DNA from: a virus
Lineage: Duplodnaviria > Caudoviricetes
Length of the DNA stretch: 64,000 bases
Direction: 5' to 3' (one strand)
Virus record (IMG/VR): IMGVR_UViG_3300037634_002953
Span: 38,638 to 102,637 of that record
The stretch's first letter is position 1, and each line of letters opens with the position of its first letter. A model generated the notes under the pieces. It was not told the DNA's origin and searched no databases. It was given only the letters and a program-made list of their open reading frames with translations. The position numbers and the translations under genes were made by a program. Shown here piece by piece: positions 1-9,556 of the stretch.

Positions 1-2
1 TT

Positions 3-221
3 TTCAAACAACGTGCAATTGCACTGCAACCAGATGCTGTTGTTAGCTACGAATGGTGCGAAAAGTTTTTGTTTAGTCATAGCAAAATGACAAAGCTAAA
101 TCTACAGCCTGTTGAGGACTTCATAGCTGACTACGATCAAGCAGTTGAACTAGTGAAGAACAGCAGCAATCACCAATTGGAACTGTTTAATGAAAAACTT
201 GTATTGGATATTATAAAATGA
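3..221 (+). CDS. 3' end of a hypothetical protein, truncated by the window edge
   Basis: Frame 3 is open from position 3 (FKQRAIALQPD...VLDIIK) to TGA 219-221, which overlaps the next ATG (ATGA). Confidence 0.6.
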   Translation, partial: FKQRAIALQPDAVVSYEWCEKFLFSHSKMTKLNLQPVEDFIADYDQAVELVKNSSNHQLELFNEKLVLDIIK

Positions 222-1009
222 TTCACATTCCAATGGATACCAATGAGTTTTGGCCTGCTTTAAGACCAACTGAGTTAGCGGATGTTGAATACTTAGTAAG
301 CAAAAATCATAGAAACGAATCTATGGACTTTTCTCACCAACGTGATATCGGATTTGGAGTTTTTTGTAAAAATAACAGATGGGGATTCAGGGACGATAAC
401 CTTAGACTGCATAGACACAAAGAGTTTGACAAATGCTATAAAGTAGCAATCTACGGATGTAGCTTTGCGTTTGGAGCAAACATACCCGACACAGAAACTT
501 TAGCCGGTCACCTTGAAAAACAAATAGATGACTGTGTGGTTTACAATTTTGCTGAGCCTGGTGCATCCAACGATGAAATTGTAAATAGACTATACTGTTA
601 CAATGAAATAGTAAAGCCTGATCTTACTGTTATACTTTGGACACAACCCAGTAGAATATTGCAGTCTACAGTACTAGGCGGCAAACGTGGTTTTATCACA
701 AGAGACACAGCAGCACTAACTACAATGGAGGCTTTGGAAATATGCGACGATGAAGAACTGCATAAATATAACTATCAAAAGAATCTTTTGATGGCAAGGT
801 TGCTAACAAATGATAGAACTGTGGTTTGTTCATCTTGGACACAATTCATCGAAGATTTGAAATCACAAGACTTGTATCATTTTGAATATCCAATATCATT
901 ATTACACAAACGAATAGACAACAGAACAATACAAAGCTCAGATAAAGCACACCCTGATGGTGTTGTTAATGCCGAAGTTGTTCGACGAGTATTAAAATGC
1001 ATAAAGTAA
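218..1009 (+). CDS. SGNH/GDSL-like hydrolase or acyltransferase-fold protein
   Basis: Block I-like YGCSFAFG, block II-like NFAEPGASN, C-terminal DKAHP (DxxH). Confidence 0.65.
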   Translation: MIHIPMDTNEFWPALRPTELADVEYLVSKNHRNESMDFSHQRDIGFGVFCKNNRWGFRDDNLRLHRHKEFDKCYKVAIYGCSFAFGANIPDTETLAGHLEKQIDDCVVYNFAEPGASNDEIVNRLYCYNEIVKPDLTVILWTQPSRILQSTVLGGKRGFITRDTAALTTMEALEICDDEELHKYNYQKNLLMARLLTNDRTVVCSSWTQFIEDLKSQDLYHFEYPISLLHKRIDNRTIQSSDKAHPDGVVNAEVVRRVLKCIK

Positions 1010-1371
1010 AATTTTTAGAAGCTGACTTGTTTGAAGATCACAGAGGAACTATTCGTAGTTTTTATCCTGATGAAAATATTGTAGAATACAATCTTATGAT
1101 CACAAAACAAGGAGACGCCAGAGGATATCATTACCATCCGCACTTTGTAGAGTATATGCTCATTGTTGACGGAGAGTGCTTGTTCAAAGAGTACGGCGAT
1201 ACAGTGTATGAAAAAACACTCACAGTGGGTGATAGTATACGAATACCAATTGGCGTAGCACATACATTTATTGCACTAACAGATTTTAAGTTTGTTAGTA
1301 TGTTAACACAACGTTGGAACGATAGCAATCCTCCTATTGTTAAAATAGACGAAAACAGTAACCCATTATGA
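997..1371 (+). CDS. Cupin-fold NDP-sugar epimerase/ketoisomerase (RmlC/FdtA-like)
   Basis: FEDHRG, RGYHYH..E and IPIGVAHTF cupin motifs; sits in a sugar operon. Confidence 0.7.
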   Translation: MHKVKFLEADLFEDHRGTIRSFYPDENIVEYNLMITKQGDARGYHYHPHFVEYMLIVDGECLFKEYGDTVYEKTLTVGDSIRIPIGVAHTFIALTDFKFVSMLTQRWNDSNPPIVKIDENSNPL

Positions 1372-1427
1372 AAAAGAATATCTTCTTGCAAGCCGAACTA
1401 TATCTAAAGGAGCTAGGACTATTGTGA
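1368..1427 (+). CDS. 19-aa bridging peptide MKKNIFLQAELYLKELGLL
   Basis: ATGA overlap with the upstream stop and GTGA overlap with the downstream start; fills the gap exactly. Confidence 0.4.
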   Translation: MKKNIFLQAELYLKELGLL

Positions 1428-2035
1428 GTATGAATCCATTTCACTTAGTAAGTGAATTTGAAAAACAAATGGCAGAGTATTGCGGAAGCAAGTATGCTAT
1501 TGCCACCGACTGTTGTACACACGCACTGTTCTTGAGTTTGTATTACGACAAACAACAAAAAGGTTTCACCAGTGTTAGTATGCCCAAGAACACATATGTT
1601 AGTGCGCCTATGCAATGCATACACTTAGGACTTGATGTTAATTTTGTTGACAAAGAGTGGACTGGATGTTATACTATAGGTAACACCAATGTTGTAGATT
1701 GTGCTCCGCGATTGCGTCGAGGAATGTACGAAAGTGGCACTAGTACTTGTATTAGTTTTCAGTTTAAGAAAATTCTCAGCACTGTTAAAGGCGGAATGAT
1801 TCTCTCAGACGATCGAGAATTTTACAATTGGGCGCAACGTGCAGTACACGATGGCAGAGATATGAGCGTACCATACGAAGAAGATACTATTACATTCTTG
1901 GGTTGGCACTACTTTATGACACCAGAGATTGCACAAATTGGTTTGAGTAAATTACAAATACTGCCAGACTACAACGAAGATAAAGCTGGATCACATACAT
2001 ATCCAGATGTAAGTTACATAAAGGATTTTAAATGA
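1424..2035 (+). CDS. DegT/DnrJ/EryC1/StrS-family PLP-dependent sugar aminotransferase (short form)
   Basis: FEKQMAEYCG..YAIA..CCTHALFL, SFQFKK (PLP lysine), GGMI, GWHYFM. Confidence 0.8.
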   Translation: MSMNPFHLVSEFEKQMAEYCGSKYAIATDCCTHALFLSLYYDKQQKGFTSVSMPKNTYVSAPMQCIHLGLDVNFVDKEWTGCYTIGNTNVVDCAPRLRRGMYESGTSTCISFQFKKILSTVKGGMILSDDREFYNWAQRAVHDGRDMSVPYEEDTITFLGWHYFMTPEIAQIGLSKLQILPDYNEDKAGSHTYPDVSYIKDFK

Positions 2036-3228
2036 GACAAGTAACAAAAGTACAATCGTGTCGTGCTTGCGGCAACACAGACCTAAAAACTGTGTTCGAT
2101 ATGGGCGAGCTGAAAATTAACGCATTTATGGACAAGCCCAACACAGACGTAGGTAGTGCTCCACTAACACTGGTACACTGCAACGAGTGTGATTTAATTC
2201 AACTAGACCACAGTGTAAGAGAAGAAGACTTATACAAAAACTATTGGTACTTGTCAGGATTGAATAAAAAAATTGTTGACAATCTTCAAAGTATTACACA
2301 AGCACTAATGGACATTGTTCCAATGTCTGAAGGTGATATTGCAGTTGACATTGGCGCAAACGATGGCACATTGCTCAGCTTCTATCCAGACAGCGTGTAT
2401 ACTGTAGGTGTTGATCCTGCACAAAACATTCACAGCGAACTAGAAAAGAACTGCAACAAAATGATTGGTGACTTTTTTACCAAAGACAACTTTGATGCTG
2501 CTATGGGCAAAGGTACACTAGCAAAGATTATTACCACTGTTGCTATGTTCTACGACTTAGATGATCCAAATAGTTTTGTCAGAGGTATCAAGGATACACT
2601 ACACCCAGAAGGTGTTTGGTTATGTCAACTTATGACTGCTCGTCCAATGCTAGACACCAATGACATTGGCAATGTTATCCACGAACACATTGAATACTAC
2701 ACTTATAAGAGTTTGGTTTACCTAATGGAAAAGCACGACTTGGAAATATTCGAAGTACGTGAAAACGACATCAATGGTGGTAGCTATCAGTTGTTTATTC
2801 GTCACCGAATCAGTGACAGTGTTGAATACCCTGAAAGCATTGACGCAACAACTATTGCACAATGGCAAACTGATATGGAAAAGAATCGCACTGAAACTGT
2901 AGACTTTCTAAAACAAGAAGTAGCCAATGGCAAGACAGTGTACATTATGGGTGCTAGCACAAAGGGCAATACTATTATGCAATACTATGGACTAGACAGT
3001 GATCTTATCAGTGGTGCGGCAGAAATACACCCAGACAAAATTGGCAAGTACCTAGTAGGAAGTAGTATTCCTATTGTACACGAAGATGAAGCCAAGAGCA
3101 AAGCAGATTACTTTTTAGTGTTACCGTTTCACTTTCGTGAACTGTTTGTTAATAAAATCTTAAAGGATTGGATTGACGAAGGCGGTAAGCTAATTTTCTG
3201 TACACCAAAGTTTGAAGTAGTTGGTTAG
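2032..3228 (+). CDS. NDP-hexose C-methyltransferase (TylCIII/NovU-type, Zn- and SAM-dependent)
   Basis: N-terminal CRAC...CNEC zinc site, DIGANDG SAM motif, HEHIEYY, GASTKGN, C-terminal G..IPI domain. Confidence 0.85.
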   Translation: MRQVTKVQSCRACGNTDLKTVFDMGELKINAFMDKPNTDVGSAPLTLVHCNECDLIQLDHSVREEDLYKNYWYLSGLNKKIVDNLQSITQALMDIVPMSEGDIAVDIGANDGTLLSFYPDSVYTVGVDPAQNIHSELEKNCNKMIGDFFTKDNFDAAMGKGTLAKIITTVAMFYDLDDPNSFVRGIKDTLHPEGVWLCQLMTARPMLDTNDIGNVIHEHIEYYTYKSLVYLMEKHDLEIFEVRENDINGGSYQLFIRHRISDSVEYPESIDATTIAQWQTDMEKNRTETVDFLKQEVANGKTVYIMGASTKGNTIMQYYGLDSDLISGAAEIHPDKIGKYLVGSSIPIVHEDEAKSKADYFLVLPFHFRELFVNKILKDWIDEGGKLIFCTPKFEVVG

Positions 3229-3253
3229 CAGTTAACCTACACCTTACAAAAAC

Positions 3254-3280
3254 AAAAAGCACCTTAACGGTGCTTTTTTT
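3254..3280. terminator. Bidirectional intrinsic terminator between convergent operons
   Basis: AAAAAGCACC-TTAAC-GGTGCTTTTTTT hairpin with A and T tracts on both sides. Confidence 0.85.
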
Positions 3281-4670
3281 ATATGCTGTGCAAGTATTCG
3301 TATAATGCTTGTTCTTCTTTTTCTGCTACTTCAAACAGTGTTTGGAAATTGTGTCTAACAATATCCTGTTGATTCATTCGCTGTTCCTTCCATTGTTGAG
3401 TTGTAAGTTTGCCTATGTTATATACACATTGTATAACTGCTTCCCAACGTTCTACATCATCTTCGATGTCGTCGTAGCTTTCGTCCCAGAAGTCTCCAAA
3501 TGTACGAAACCCTTTTGATTTTAAGAACTCAAGTGTGCCGCTATTGCCTAAAACAATAAATGGTGTGCAAGTTATGATGGCCATAATTAATGCATCACTG
3601 ATAAACATTTTACTGCCTTCGGCCCACGTTTCTGTTGTAATACTAAACGCACTAGCATTGTATTCATTTTTAATACCAGTCATAGCATCAATTTCAGCAC
3701 AGTTGTTTGTGCTAAAGTCTACTGGATCAATTGAAAATGGAAGATAGTAATATAGATGAAGTGTCCAATTACGATAGGCTTCCCAGTTGATTAAATCCTT
3801 TGTGTTGAAATACTCTGTGCTGCCTTTAAGGTGTAAATCACAATAGGAAGTAGTAACATTTTGTCCAAACAAGTCTTTTGGAAAACTCCAGTTAATGCCA
3901 CTTATGTGACGACCGAGAACTTCGTTGTGATAACCATTAATAGCATTATAGTTGCTGTAAGAAATAACTTCATGTTTTAGTTGCCAAAGGCGAGTCAAAA
4001 TATAAGCCCTGTGTACTTTAGGGAAACGATTAGGACTAATAGCAAAATGAACAATGTCATCGGGGTGACAGGGTTCGTAATAAAAGTCATCTGGTGTTAG
4101 ATTGTTCGAATGCAGGATGTTTACAATACTGTAAAGAAATTGACAGATACTTTTAACATTTACACGGCTTTTGCCTTTGCAGTATTCTTCAGCGTTCATA
4201 TCGCCTGTTATCCAAGTAACTGATTCTGGGCGTAATCCCAAGTGCTCACATCTGGCTTCCAAGTGTAAGTGTACGTTATCACTTTCGCTGTCGTTGTGCT
4301 TGTTTTCGTAGATTGGTCCCCAACTTTCTTGTGCAGTGTGTACAATAATATGTATGCGTCCGGCATTAACTTCTTTGTACCATTCCTGTGGAATCAAGTC
4401 TAATACTGTGCCATTGTATAAAAAGCTGTTTGGTTCTTCTTGATAATTGCCGTTGTGATAGAACCAAACAATCTGTGTTTTGCCGTTTAGTTCATCAATT
4501 GGCAATGGCTTTTCAATTTCTATACCCGGTACTGACGTGGTGTCCATTACCATTGGCCAAAGAGGGTTTGGCCAATTATAATCGCCGGGGGTTTTCAGAA
4601 ACAATATTGGATTGTTTTCATTGCTCCTAAACCCTGTTTCAATAGTATAGTTAGGTGGTTGTGTTGTCAT
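3279..4670 (-). CDS. Hypothetical protein with a glycosyltransferase-like C-terminal domain
   Basis: C-terminal ITTET...PFIVLG...LKSKGFRTFGDFWDESYD segment resembles GT-B-like phage proteins. Confidence 0.45.
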   Translation of the reverse strand: MTTQPPNYTIETGFRSNENNPILFLKTPGDYNWPNPLWPMVMDTTSVPGIEIEKPLPIDELNGKTQIVWFYHNGNYQEEPNSFLYNGTVLDLIPQEWYKEVNAGRIHIIVHTAQESWGPIYENKHNDSESDNVHLHLEARCEHLGLRPESVTWITGDMNAEEYCKGKSRVNVKSICQFLYSIVNILHSNNLTPDDFYYEPCHPDDIVHFAISPNRFPKVHRAYILTRLWQLKHEVISYSNYNAINGYHNEVLGRHISGINWSFPKDLFGQNVTTSYCDLHLKGSTEYFNTKDLINWEAYRNWTLHLYYYLPFSIDPVDFSTNNCAEIDAMTGIKNEYNASAFSITTETWAEGSKMFISDALIMAIITCTPFIVLGNSGTLEFLKSKGFRTFGDFWDESYDDIEDDVERWEAVIQCVYNIGKLTTQQWKEQRMNQQDIVRHNFQTLFEVAEKEEQALYEYLHSI

Positions 4671-6270
4671 CTTTTTTTATTTCTGTGCGTAGCTTTTGGT
4701 ATTCTAACTTACAAACATTGTAGAAGCTTGTCATCTCAGGTAAGCTCTTTGTAAAGTCTGTGCCTCGACGTTTGTCGTATTCTATTATAAATTCATAGAA
4801 CCTAGCTCGTTGTTTGGCAATGTCTTGACGTGTTGTTGTTTCGTCGTGGTTACGAGCATCTTTAACCGCAATTAGTGCGTCAACAAAAATACGCTTTAGC
4901 TTTAGAGCTTCCAAGCTTTCAAATCCCAGCAGTCCGTGCCATTCATTGTTTGCTAAGTTTTTGTACATAAAATCAACTGCTGGCAGTAGATATTCTTGTA
5001 GCATTTCCATAGATGCAATATTAGCATCTAAAAACTCTGGCGCCCTCACATATGGAATATCAACTCCTACGCGATTTCCAATTTCACTTTTGCTATCACG
5101 GTCTATTAAGTTAGGCATATACGGTATTCTATATGTGCTTAGTCCATATTGCAAGCTGGTGTTTGTATCCATACCGCTTTCGTTGAGCCATTTGTACATG
5201 CCGTTCTTATTGTAACGGCGCTTGAGAAACAATACATATTCTAAGAAGTCTTTGAATGTCGTAATACTCAAAATGTTAAATGCTGCCATAAATGTAAGCC
5301 GTGTATTATATGTATTTTCCATAAAGTAGTCAATGTTACTTTTAAACAATTCCCAGTCCATGCCAGTACGTGTATATTCAGCAGCTATATTTGAATTTTC
5401 AGCACTTGTAAATAGTGTAAATTTTTTAATGCTTTTGCTACTAATTAGTTGGTTAACTAAGTCTGTAAACTTCAACCATAGCTTTGCAGGAGGACAACCA
5501 TTTGAGTTAATAGCTAGTTCCAGTTCTGGCTCTGGGTGTTCTAGCAAGTGTTCCATAACTTTAAATGTGTGCTTGCTCATAAGTGGCTCACCACCTGTGA
5601 TACGCAATGTATGCATATGCTTTTTAGCTTCTGGAAACCATTTCCAAAATGCTTCTGTGTATGGATTTTCATCACTGGCTTTTAAAGGAACGTCTGTCAC
5701 ATGGTTAAAATCGGTGCCGTGACTTAATTTGTATGGACCTTGTTGTTTAATTTCTTCAGCCCATTTACTACTAAATGCAGGGCCACAATACGCACATTTA
5801 AAGTTACAGGCATGTGAAAAACTTACCTCTACGTAACGTGGGAAAATATTTTCATCGCCATTTAACTGTATTATGTCGTCGTGGTCGTGAATACTATATT
5901 GATCTAAGCTTTTCAATGCACGGTCACTTATTTCTCCAGTATTGTCTTCTATTCTCCAACAAAAGTCACACTCACTAGGGCGCTCGCCATTAAGCATTTG
6001 CTTACGGGCTTTTTTCTTTACTTCGGTGTTATGCAATGCACCTGGGTTATCTTTTAGTTCTTCTAAATCAATTTTGTGTGCAACAGGGTGGTGACAACTG
6101 TGTGTTAGTCCTACTCCCAAATGCATAGTAACTTGTGTCCACTTTGCCAAGCACATGCCGGGACCAGTTTCATTAAGTAAATCACGCATAACAATACGGT
6201 TATGTTCATTGCCTGGAATAAATCCATTTTTATTCTTTTCCCAAGGCATATCGTTAATTTGTTTTTTCAT
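4651..6270 (-). CDS. Radical SAM protein with N-terminal twitch/SPASM-like Cys cluster
   Basis: CNFKCAYC (CxxxCxxC), TGGEP, and N-terminal C..SCHH..ECDFC. Confidence 0.85.
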   Translation of the reverse strand: MKKQINDMPWEKNKNGFIPGNEHNRIVMRDLLNETGPGMCLAKWTQVTMHLGVGLTHSCHHPVAHKIDLEELKDNPGALHNTEVKKKARKQMLNGERPSECDFCWRIEDNTGEISDRALKSLDQYSIHDHDDIIQLNGDENIFPRYVEVSFSHACNFKCAYCGPAFSSKWAEEIKQQGPYKLSHGTDFNHVTDVPLKASDENPYTEAFWKWFPEAKKHMHTLRITGGEPLMSKHTFKVMEHLLEHPEPELELAINSNGCPPAKLWLKFTDLVNQLISSKSIKKFTLFTSAENSNIAAEYTRTGMDWELFKSNIDYFMENTYNTRLTFMAAFNILSITTFKDFLEYVLFLKRRYNKNGMYKWLNESGMDTNTSLQYGLSTYRIPYMPNLIDRDSKSEIGNRVGVDIPYVRAPEFLDANIASMEMLQEYLLPAVDFMYKNLANNEWHGLLGFESLEALKLKRIFVDALIAVKDARNHDETTTRQDIAKQRARFYEFIIEYDKRRGTDFTKSLPEMTSFYNVCKLEYQKLRTEIKKDDNTTT

Positions 6271-7094
6271 ATCGCCATTCTCATTGGTATTGTTGGATGA
6301 TGTACATAATCATCTAATATATATTCATCTACTGATGACATTAATACTGCATCAATTGATGCAAACTTAGGCATTTGTAATTTAGGTAATGCCATTGGGT
6401 TTCGTTGTATTTGTTCTTTAAGTGCTGGAACATGGTCAATATAGATATGCATATCACCTACACTGTGGACAAAATCGCCTACCTCTAAATCACAGATTGA
6501 TGCAATCACGTGTGTTAACAAAGCATATGATGCAATATTAAATGGTGCGCCCAATCCTACGTCCATTGATCTTTGATATAGCTGACAACTTAATTTGCCG
6601 TTACTAACATAGAACTGAAACATAGTGTGACACGGTGGAAGAGCCATATCAGGAAGCTCTGATGGATTCCATGCTGACACAATAATGCGTCTACTATCTG
6701 GATTTGTTTTAATTTCGTTAATAGCCCAATTGATTTGGTCTACACCACCAAAATTGCGCCATTGCTTGCCATATACTGGGCCTAACTCACCTGGATTATA
6801 CCCTAATGCTTTACCTTGGCTGTCTGCATTATCTGTCCAAATTGTACGCTTGGTCTTATCACCATGTGTTATCTCAGCCAAACGGTAGTTGTCTGTGCTG
6901 CCTTCTAAGAACCATAATAGTTCTCCTACACATGCCTTCCATGCTAACTTTTTTGTTGTTACTGCTGGAAATCCTTCTTTAAGATCAAAACGCATCTGAT
7001 AACCAAAAACACCAATGGTGCCGACTCCAGTTCTGTCAGTTCGTTCTTCACCATTGTCTAGCACATGTTGTAGTGCTTCTACATATTGTTTCAT
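6267..7094 (-). CDS. thyA: Thymidylate synthase
   Basis: DRTGVGT, ELLWFLEG, GPVYGKQWR, MALPPCH, YQRS.D..LG.PFNIASY; start taken at ATG 7094 (ATGA overlap with folA). Confidence 0.97.
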   Translation of the reverse strand: MKQYVEALQHVLDNGEERTDRTGVGTIGVFGYQMRFDLKEGFPAVTTKKLAWKACVGELLWFLEGSTDNYRLAEITHGDKTKRTIWTDNADSQGKALGYNPGELGPVYGKQWRNFGGVDQINWAINEIKTNPDSRRIIVSAWNPSELPDMALPPCHTMFQFYVSNGKLSCQLYQRSMDVGLGAPFNIASYALLTHVIASICDLEVGDFVHSVGDMHIYIDHVPALKEQIQRNPMALPKLQMPKFASIDAVLMSSVDEYILDDYVHHPTIPMRMAI

Positions 7095-7579
7095 TTTCTT
7101 TTCCAACTTTCTATTTCAATATGCTTGTGTTCAACTTTTGTTTTTTTAAAATTCTTTTTTATGTATTCGTAAGGCAAAATAGTATCACATTCCCAGTCGC
7201 CTGAGATTTTTGTTATTAAAATATGGTCAACATTATCGCGAACCAAATTAAATAGTTGGGCGCCGCCAATAATTATTGCTGTTTCTTTAAAATCTTTATT
7301 ACTTAATTCATGCAATAACTTACTAGTAGACCAATATTCGTCTGCGCCAGCTGCTGGTCTTCTTGTGACTACTATGTTTTTACGATTAGACAATGGCTTT
7401 TTTGGTAAACTATCCCATGTTATGCGGCCCATTACAATTGTAGATTCTTCTGTGACAGATTGGAACCATTTCATATCATGCTTTTGTGTAGGCCATGGCA
7501 TATCACCATCTTTGCCAATGCCCCATTTTTCATCACATGCAAAAATTGCTGTTAATCCAGTTTGTTTTATTTTTTTCAT
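7091..7579 (-). CDS. folA: Dihydrofolate reductase
   Basis: GIGKDGDMPW, DMKWF, IVMGRITWDSLP.KPL.NR.NIV, IIGGAQ, CDT. Confidence 0.93.
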   Translation of the reverse strand: MKKIKQTGLTAIFACDEKWGIGKDGDMPWPTQKHDMKWFQSVTEESTIVMGRITWDSLPKKPLSNRKNIVVTRRPAAGADEYWSTSKLLHELSNKDFKETAIIIGGAQLFNLVRDNVDHILITKISGDWECDTILPYEYIKKNFKKTKVEHKHIEIESWKRK

Positions 7580-8556
7580 TCTATACTGTCAACTACCTGA
7601 TCTTCTCTTATCTGCGGTGCCATTCTGCTTGGATTAATATATACACTCTTAAAAAACTTACTTCCTTGTGGACCTAAGTCTGCAAGATCTAACTGCAAAT
7701 CTGTCATTAAATTATGACCAAGCTCAAGTGTTTTTTCTTTTAATACTTCTTTATTCCAGCGTAGGCCAGTTCGAATATCAATTTCATTACCGCCTTCAAA
7801 CTGCGGAACAATCGCTGATTCAAAAAAGGTTGTAAGCCATTTAAAGTCACGAACATTTTTCCAATCCCATTTGTCTCGTTCAACGTTTGTCATATAACAA
7901 CCAAGCCTAGCGCCATATATGGCCCAAAGTCCGTTATCAACATCTTCACCTACTGACATCCAAGTAAGTAAACGCTGGAAATTCTTTTTATGTACTAATT
8001 TTCGTAGATTTTGCGGATTAACTACATCACCATCAACTAATCCCATCTTGACCCCTTCACGGAATCCTGCTCGCCAAGCTTGTAATGCGCTACCATTGTT
8101 CATTACATCACAATAAATATTATTCATTTGCACATAATTAATGTTCCAACAAAAATCTACTTGGGCTCGCTTATCTGCTGCTGGTGCATTTTCATGAGTT
8201 TGCATGTTCATTACAACATCTTTTGGCCAACATTTGATGCCGCCGTTGCCGTACACAAGGCCGTTAATTTCATTTTTACCAGCCCAGCTAATAACGTCGT
8301 TTGGTTTAATACGTTCCATGTCTACCTCGATATTAAAAAATGCCGGGTCAACAATATTGTCTGCATCAATAGTAATAAAACGGTCTGTTTCACTAAGTGC
8401 GGCTGCTGCTTTATGTGCGGCATCACTACCATATACACCATGGCTACGTTGTGCCCACGGGCATTTAGAAGACAAATCTGCAAAATTCTCGTCAGCATTT
8501 GGTTCATCATAGCTTATAAAAATAATATCAAATTCGTTGATACTTGTTAATGACAT
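7576..8556 (-). CDS. GT-A fold glycosyltransferase-like protein
   Basis: N-terminal DIIFISYDE strand, ITIDADN (DxD), YGNGG, AWRAGFREGVK. Confidence 0.6.
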   Translation of the reverse strand: MSLTSINEFDIIFISYDEPNADENFADLSSKCPWAQRSHGVYGSDAAHKAAAALSETDRFITIDADNIVDPAFFNIEVDMERIKPNDVISWAGKNEINGLVYGNGGIKCWPKDVVMNMQTHENAPAADKRAQVDFCWNINYVQMNNIYCDVMNNGSALQAWRAGFREGVKMGLVDGDVVNPQNLRKLVHKKNFQRLLTWMSVGEDVDNGLWAIYGARLGCYMTNVERDKWDWKNVRDFKWLTTFFESAIVPQFEGGNEIDIRTGLRWNKEVLKEKTLELGHNLMTDLQLDLADLGPQGSKFFKSVYINPSRMAPQIREDQVVDSIE

Positions 8557-8557
8557 A

Positions 8558-9556
8558 TTACTCTCCTATATAATTAATTTGTAATTCTTTGCATTGATAC
8601 AAAAATATGGGTTTTCTAGGCAATTTAAATCCTGTACTAATTGTTTGTTTATTTTGTTGTATTAGATCTTGACATTTTAATGATATCCCGCCCACCAAAT
8701 TATCTGGAGTAGTATCACAAACTATAATATCTAATTCTTTTTGACTTTGTAATATATATTTATTATCTGTAGACAGTAGGCCGCTATTAACATAGAACTC
8801 TTTATCATTTAATATATTGCGCTGAAATGTTAAATGTTTTTGTTCGTTACTGGTAATTGATTGTTGTATGGATTGGTTGGTTTGGTTAAATGTATTGTTT
8901 GCATTAACATCTGTTTGACTAATAATGAAACTATATGATTTAAATATAGGATTTGTAAATATACTTATATTTTCCAGGCTGGCTATTGATTCCAGTTTTA
9001 CCTGTACCTTTTTCTGTTTAAATAATAGCAATGGATCAATTTCTATTTCCTGTAGTAAATAATCTGGTTGGTTTTTTTCTGTAATATATAAATTAAATTG
9101 TGTACCTTCAGCCAATTGCACTTCGTGTATTTCGTTTATTTTCATATGCTGCTTGATATTTGATACATTTAATGTCATTTCAATAATGCTAGTATCTTTA
9201 AATAATTCAAGGCACACATCAGCTGATTGCGGATTTTTTCCTTTAATTTGTTTAAATTTGACTACATCACTGCTTTGCAGTACTAGACTGTTTGATTTTG
9301 TAACAATGTCCGGTTGACCAGTAGTAAAATCTTCAACTATTTTGCATTTCTTTAATGATATTTTGCCAGCTAAAATATCAGCAATGATAGTCAGGTGACC
9401 AAATTGATGCACGGTACTAATATTATCGTCATTTTTCTCGATAAATTTAGGACTTAGCCGATAAATTTTCCCAGTTATATTATCAAACTTAATCCACCAC
9501 TGTCGGTGCGGTGTTTCTGTTTTAGATTTCTTTGTTGTATGTTGCATATATCTCAT
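8558..9556 (-). CDS. Hypothetical protein in the glycosyltransferase module
   Basis: 332-aa ORF tightly packed in the operon; no motif recognised. Confidence 0.55.
   Translation of the reverse strand: MRYMQHTTKKSKTETPHRQWWIKFDNITGKIYRLSPKFIEKNDDNISTVHQFGHLTIIADILAGKISLKKCKIVEDFTTGQPDIVTKSNSLVLQSSDVVKFKQIKGKNPQSADVCLELFKDTSIIEMTLNVSNIKQHMKINEIHEVQLAEGTQFNLYITEKNQPDYLLQEIEIDPLLLFKQKKVQVKLESIASLENISIFTNPIFKSYSFIISQTDVNANNTFNQTNQSIQQSITSNEQKHLTFQRNILNDKEFYVNSGLLSTDNKYILQSQKELDIIVCDTTPDNLVGGISLKCQDLIQQNKQTISTGFKLPRKPIFLYQCKELQINYIGE

Noticed and set aside
6267-7094. ThyA as a dCMP hydroxymethylase, or an intron-containing td gene
   Set aside because: It retains the Asn of PFNIASY (dUMP specificity), is paired with DHFR, and the ORF is uninterrupted.
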